The position numbers and the translations under genes are program-made. Under the pieces are notes generated by a model. It did not search any database. It had not been told where the DNA came from and worked only from the letters and a program-made list of their open reading frames with translations. This document shows positions 27,361 to 32,000 of a stretch of DNA of 32,000 nt, one piece after another (within the stretch, counting starts at the first letter, position 1; each line of letters starts with the position of its first letter). The stretch comes from Nostoc punctiforme PCC 73102 (lineage in GTDB: Bacteria; Cyanobacteriota; Cyanobacteriia; Cyanobacteriales; Nostocaceae). Location of the stretch: contig NC_010628.1 in assembly GCF_000020025.1 (NCBI RefSeq), forward strand, positions 1,410,001 to 1,442,000, read 5' to 3'.

Positions 27361-28083
27361 ATGATACAACCCCAAGGTCAAAATAGTATCACCTACACAC
27401 GCGTTATTCATCTAAGTCACGTGATTGACATAGATATTCCCCAGTGGCCTGGAGATCCCACAGTAGAATTTGAAACTGTGGCTGAACTAAATAATGATGG
27501 CTATTACCTCCGACGTTTAGCCTTGGGGGAACATAGCGCTACCCATATCAACGCTCCTAACAGCTTTCATAGCTATAGTATGGGAATTGACCAATACCCC
27601 GCCCAATCTCTGGTTGTACCTGCGGTGGTCATAGATATTCGTCAAGCCACAGCCGTGAATTCTGATTATGCCCTGACTATTGCTGATGTTGTGGCTTGGG
27701 AAGAAGAATACGGCGAGATTTCTCAAGGGTGCGTAGTTATACTGAATACTGGTTGGCAAAAAAAGTGGTTTGATAAAAGTGCATTCCTAAATCATGATGC
27801 TCAAGGCATTGCTCATTTTCCAGGGTTTGGTAGCGATGTAACTCAATTCTTACTGAAGGAACGGCAAATTGCTGGGGTAGGGATTGATACTCATGGTGTA
27901 GACCCAGGACAGGATAACACTTTTGCTACTAATCGCCTGGTATTGGAAAAACCGCGTATTGTTTTAGAAAATCTCACCAATTTGGATCAGTTACCACCCA
28001 AAGGTACTACTCTAGCGATCGGGATTCTGCGGTTGCGTGGTGGTTCTGGTTCTCCTGTCGGTGTCTTGGCGTTAGTGCCTTAA
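27361..28083 (+). CDS. cyclase family protein (kynurenine formamidase-like fold)
   Basis: 240 aa. Motif EHSATHINAP resembles the HxGTHxDxP cyclase motif; GVGIDTHGVD also present. Confidence 0.7.
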   Translation: MIQPQGQNSITYTRVIHLSHVIDIDIPQWPGDPTVEFETVAELNNDGYYLRRLALGEHSATHINAPNSFHSYSMGIDQYPAQSLVVPAVVIDIRQATAVNSDYALTIADVVAWEEEYGEISQGCVVILNTGWQKKWFDKSAFLNHDAQGIAHFPGFGSDVTQFLLKERQIAGVGIDTHGVDPGQDNTFATNRLVLEKPRIVLENLTNLDQLPPKGTTLAIGILRLRGGSGSPVGVLALVP

Positions 28084-28426
28084 TTTTTATATCGATATTT
28101 GCTTCTCACACCAATTTTTTAAACTTGAGGATAACCTAGAAAGCAAGCAAACTTAGTACAGCTTTGTGTAAAATCTTAGCGTTTTTTAACGCAGAGGAAA
28201 GCCTACGAAAAACCTAACCACCTAACCTCTTTCCCGATGTGGGAAGGGGGGAAATTTAAAGTCTCTCTTCTAAAAGGAGAGAGATTTAGAGAGAGGTTTT
28301 CCAAATACCGTGAAAAATCAGATAAACGCATAGGTACGAAGAGTTTTGCCTTTAATTCGCTAAGAATTAATGAAATGCTGTACTTAGTACACAAGTTTAC
28401 TCGATCGTCAGCCGGGGATTTTTAAG

Positions 28427-29923
28427 ATGACAACTCCGCTATCTTGCCGCAATTACATCAATGGTCAATGGTTGAATGCTGTAGGAGAAGCAACTTTAGA
28501 AAGTCGCAACCCTGCGGACAAAACCGAAATCGTTGCCACATACCCCCGTTCCCAAGTTAATGATGTAGATACAGCAGTAGCCTCTGCCCGTAAAGCCTAC
28601 CGCAGTTGGCGCACAGTCCCGGCCCCAGCTAGGGCAGAATACATCTTTCGCGTCGGGGAAATATTACTCCAGCATAAAGAAGAACTTGCCCAGTTAATCA
28701 GTCGGGAAATGGGTAAACCTCTGACAGAAGCTAGGGGCGATGTGCAAGAAGGTATTGACTGTGCCTTTTACAGTGCTGGCGAAGGACGGCGACTATTCGG
28801 GCAAACTACACCATCGGAAATGTCTAATAAATTCGCCATGACTGTGCGAATGCCTATCGGAGTTTGTGCGTTAATTACTCCCTGGAATTTTCCTGTGGCA
28901 ATTCCTTGCTGGAAAGCTATGCCAGCTTTGGTATGTGGCAATACAGTCATCCTTAAACCTGCCGAAGATACCTCCGCCTGTGCAACTAAATTGATTGAAA
29001 TTTTCCAACAAGCAGGTTTGCCACCAGGAGTAATTAACTTGGTGCATGGTGTAGGAGAAGAAGCGGGGAAAGCTTTAGTTGAGCATCCCAATGTAGATTT
29101 GGTATCGTTTACTGGTTCTTCAGAAACGGGTGCTTTTGTTGGCGCTACTTGCGGACGCACTCACAAGCGTGTCTGTTTGGAAATGGGTGGTAAAAATGCC
29201 CAAATAGTGATGGAAGATGCAGATTTGGAACTTGCCTTAGATGGTGCAGTGTGGGGTGCTTTTGGAACAACTGGTCAACGGTGTACGGCTACCAGCCGCC
29301 TGATTTTGCATCGTGATATCAAAGAAAAATTTACCACCATGCTCTATGAGCGTACCAGTAAGTTGCGCTTGGGTGCTGGCAATGATACCGACACAGATAT
29401 TGGCCCGATTATCAATGAAAAGCAACTTCAACAGGTAAGCAAGTATTTGGATATAGCCCGTGAGGAAGGAGCAAAGGTTTTAATTGGTGGGGAAATTGCC
29501 AGTGAAGGCTCATTGAAAAACGGTTACTTCTTTCAACCAACTATTTTGGATCGTGTAACTCCTGATATGCGCGTCGCGCGTGAAGAGATATTTGGGCCAG
29601 TAGTGGCATTAATTGAGGTTAGTTCCTTTGAGGAAGCGATCGCAATTCTCAACGATAGCAATTATGGTCTTTCTTCTTCAGTTTACACCCGCGACATCAA
29701 CCGGGCTTTTACTGCTATGCGCGACATTGAGGCAGGTATCACCTATATTAATGGCCCTACTATCGGCGCAGAGGTACACTTGCCATTTGGTGGTGTAAAA
29801 CAAACAGGTAACGGACACCGCGAAGCTGGAACTACTGCTTTGGATGTTTTCACAGAATGGAAAAGTGTTTATGTTGACTTCTCTGGAAGTTTACAACGCG
29901 CTCAGATAGATAACCGCAGTTAA
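28427..29923 (+). CDS. NAD(P)-dependent aldehyde dehydrogenase
   Basis: 498 aa. Motifs: [15 protein letters not shown], catalytic Glu in LEMGGKN, catalytic Cys in GQRCTATSR, and EEIFGPV. Confidence 0.92.
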   Translation: MTTPLSCRNYINGQWLNAVGEATLESRNPADKTEIVATYPRSQVNDVDTAVASARKAYRSWRTVPAPARAEYIFRVGEILLQHKEELAQLISREMGKPLTEARGDVQEGIDCAFYSAGEGRRLFGQTTPSEMSNKFAMTVRMPIGVCALITPWNFPVAIPCWKAMPALVCGNTVILKPAEDTSACATKLIEIFQQAGLPPGVINLVHGVGEEAGKALVEHPNVDLVSFTGSSETGAFVGATCGRTHKRVCLEMGGKNAQIVMEDADLELALDGAVWGAFGTTGQRCTATSRLILHRDIKEKFTTMLYERTSKLRLGAGNDTDTDIGPIINEKQLQQVSKYLDIAREEGAKVLIGGEIASEGSLKNGYFFQPTILDRVTPDMRVAREEIFGPVVALIEVSSFEEAIAILNDSNYGLSSSVYTRDINRAFTAMRDIEAGITYINGPTIGAEVHLPFGGVKQTGNGHREAGTTALDVFTEWKSVYVDFSGSLQRAQIDNRS

Positions 29924-29997
29924 TTTCGCAATACAGCGATTTTCAGTTGAGTAGACTATTTAAAAAAGACCTAACCCCCAGCCCCTTCCCTTGTAGG

Positions 29998-30864
<867 letters not shown>

Positions 30865-30945
30865 CCTTGTAGGGAAGGGGAGTAAGGCTTTTAGAAGAGA
30901 GAATCTAAATAACACGCATTGGACTACAAAATTTGTAGTATCCCC

Positions 30946-30974
30946 TTGACATTATGTAGAGTTCGTATTACATT
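30946..30974 (+). promoter_or_regulatory. near-consensus sigma70-type promoter (TTGACA - 17 nt - TACATT) facing the tRNA-like cluster
   Basis: TTGACA at 30946-30951 and TACATT at 30969-30974. TTTGTAGTA repeats flank it at 30932-30940 and 30973-30981, the first within the palindrome ACTACAAAATTTGTAGT. Confidence 0.4.
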
Positions 30975-31055
30975 TGTAGTATGAAAAGAAAAGCCTCCTC
31001 AAAGGCAAAACTAAAACCTCTCACAAGCTAGACAATTGCATAGATGCCACTGTTT

Positions 31056-31136
31056 GGGGCCGCGATTGGTGTTCGACTGCTCCGAAGCCAACAAACGGAC
31101 GGTTGCAGGATTCGGGTTCAATTCCCGACGGCTCCA
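31056..31136 (+). ncRNA. 81-nt tRNA-like element resembling a tmRNA tRNA-like domain (no mRNA-like domain)
   Basis: Acceptor GGGGCCG / CGGCTCC with G3:U70 and discriminator A. The 5' sequence GATTGGTGTTCGAC resembles the tmRNA D-loop analogue. T-arm TCGGG-TTCAATT-CCCGA. The central part is a 4-bp helix plus a 4-bp hairpin with an 11-nt loop, not an anticodon arm. CTA follows rather than CCA. Confidence 0.4.
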
Positions 31137-31172
31137 CTAGACTTGACTGCGGTTGAAGTTGTGTAGAGGCTT

Positions 31173-31379
<207 letters not shown>

Positions 31380-31428
31380 CTAATACGAATTCGTAATGAC
31401 GCTCCTGCGTCGCTAACGTAATTCGTAA

Positions 31429-31650
<222 letters not shown>

Positions 31651-31962
31651 ATTTCCTAGTCATCCGTGCCCTAACAGAAGAAGCATACATACACATTGAT
31701 AACGGCCCTAAGGTAGTAAAGTTCGAGTGATCGGACTAAGCGAAGCATGATTTCTAAGTCTCTTGCAGATTTAGCGTGCGTGCCCACTGCCAATATTTGG
31801 TAAGAGCGGCCGTAGCTGTAAAAAGCTTCTTGAACTTGTACGGAATGATTTAAGACTTAATTCCGCGCCCTAACTTGTAAAGTCTACACACTATCCGGCA
31901 ACGGATCGCAGGTACCCTACGGGAACGCTACGCGAACGATTCCTGTCGCTCCCTTTGATGGG

Positions 31963-32000
31963 AGCGTAGCCAAATTGGTATAGGCAATTGTGAAAACTGC
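31963..32000 (+). other. 5' portion of a further tRNA-like gene, cut by the window edge
   Basis: GGGAGCG-TA-GCC-AAATTGGTATA-GGC resembles the acceptor plus D-arm of Gln/Cys-type tRNAs. Its exact complement CGCTCCC lies 6 nt upstream. Confidence 0.3.

Noticed and set aside
28203-28425. Two overlapping ~62-aa ORFs upstream of the aldehyde dehydrogenase.
   Set aside because: They lie within intergenic repeat sequence (GGGAAGGGGGG and GGAGAGAG hairpin-type repeats, GCAGAGGAAA family). The translations are repeat-driven, so they are unlikely to be genes.

Overview
This window looks like a chromosomal segment from a filamentous (Nostoc/Anabaena-type) cyanobacterium. The evidence is many HIP1 octamers (GCGATCGC), STRR-like heptamer arrays (CCCCAAT, TTGGTCA-type, GGGAATT, TTACGAA) and small dispersed repeats, some lying inside genes. 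Housekeeping genes: truB, rlmB and the Mini-RNase III gene mrnC, carA, trpD, an HLIP gene, an aldehyde dehydrogenase, a cyclase/formamidase-like protein and an alpha/beta hydrolase. Signalling genes: three sensor histidine kinases, an Rcp1-like response regulator and a STAS protein. Three regions stand out. (1) 12.58-15.56 kb is an AT-rich, HIP1-free three-gene cassette: a Dam-family N6-adenine methyltransferase, a DUF5131 (Gp37/Gp68) three-Cys protein and a TcmP-like Rossmann protein. No nuclease is recognisable, so I read it as a candidate horizontally acquired DNA-modification or defence module of unknown mechanism. (2) 16.1-23.3 kb is a co-oriented trio: an 853-aa dynamin-like GTPase, a ~990-aa Hsp70/actin-fold ATPase with an unknown ~350-aa C-terminal domain, and a 363-aa protein with no recognisable motifs. 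(3) 30.9-32.0 kb has a near-consensus promoter followed by non-canonical tRNA-like modules, two of which carry a G3:U70 pair. One module resembles a tmRNA tRNA-like domain without the mRNA-like part. This region also holds a repeated GCCCTAA motif and a small conserved-looking ORF. An internally deleted IS (867 bp, 9-bp target-site duplication) lies at 29998-30864. I found no rRNA genes, CRISPR array or canonical tRNA. All calls come from reading the sequence and ORF translations by eye, with no database searches.
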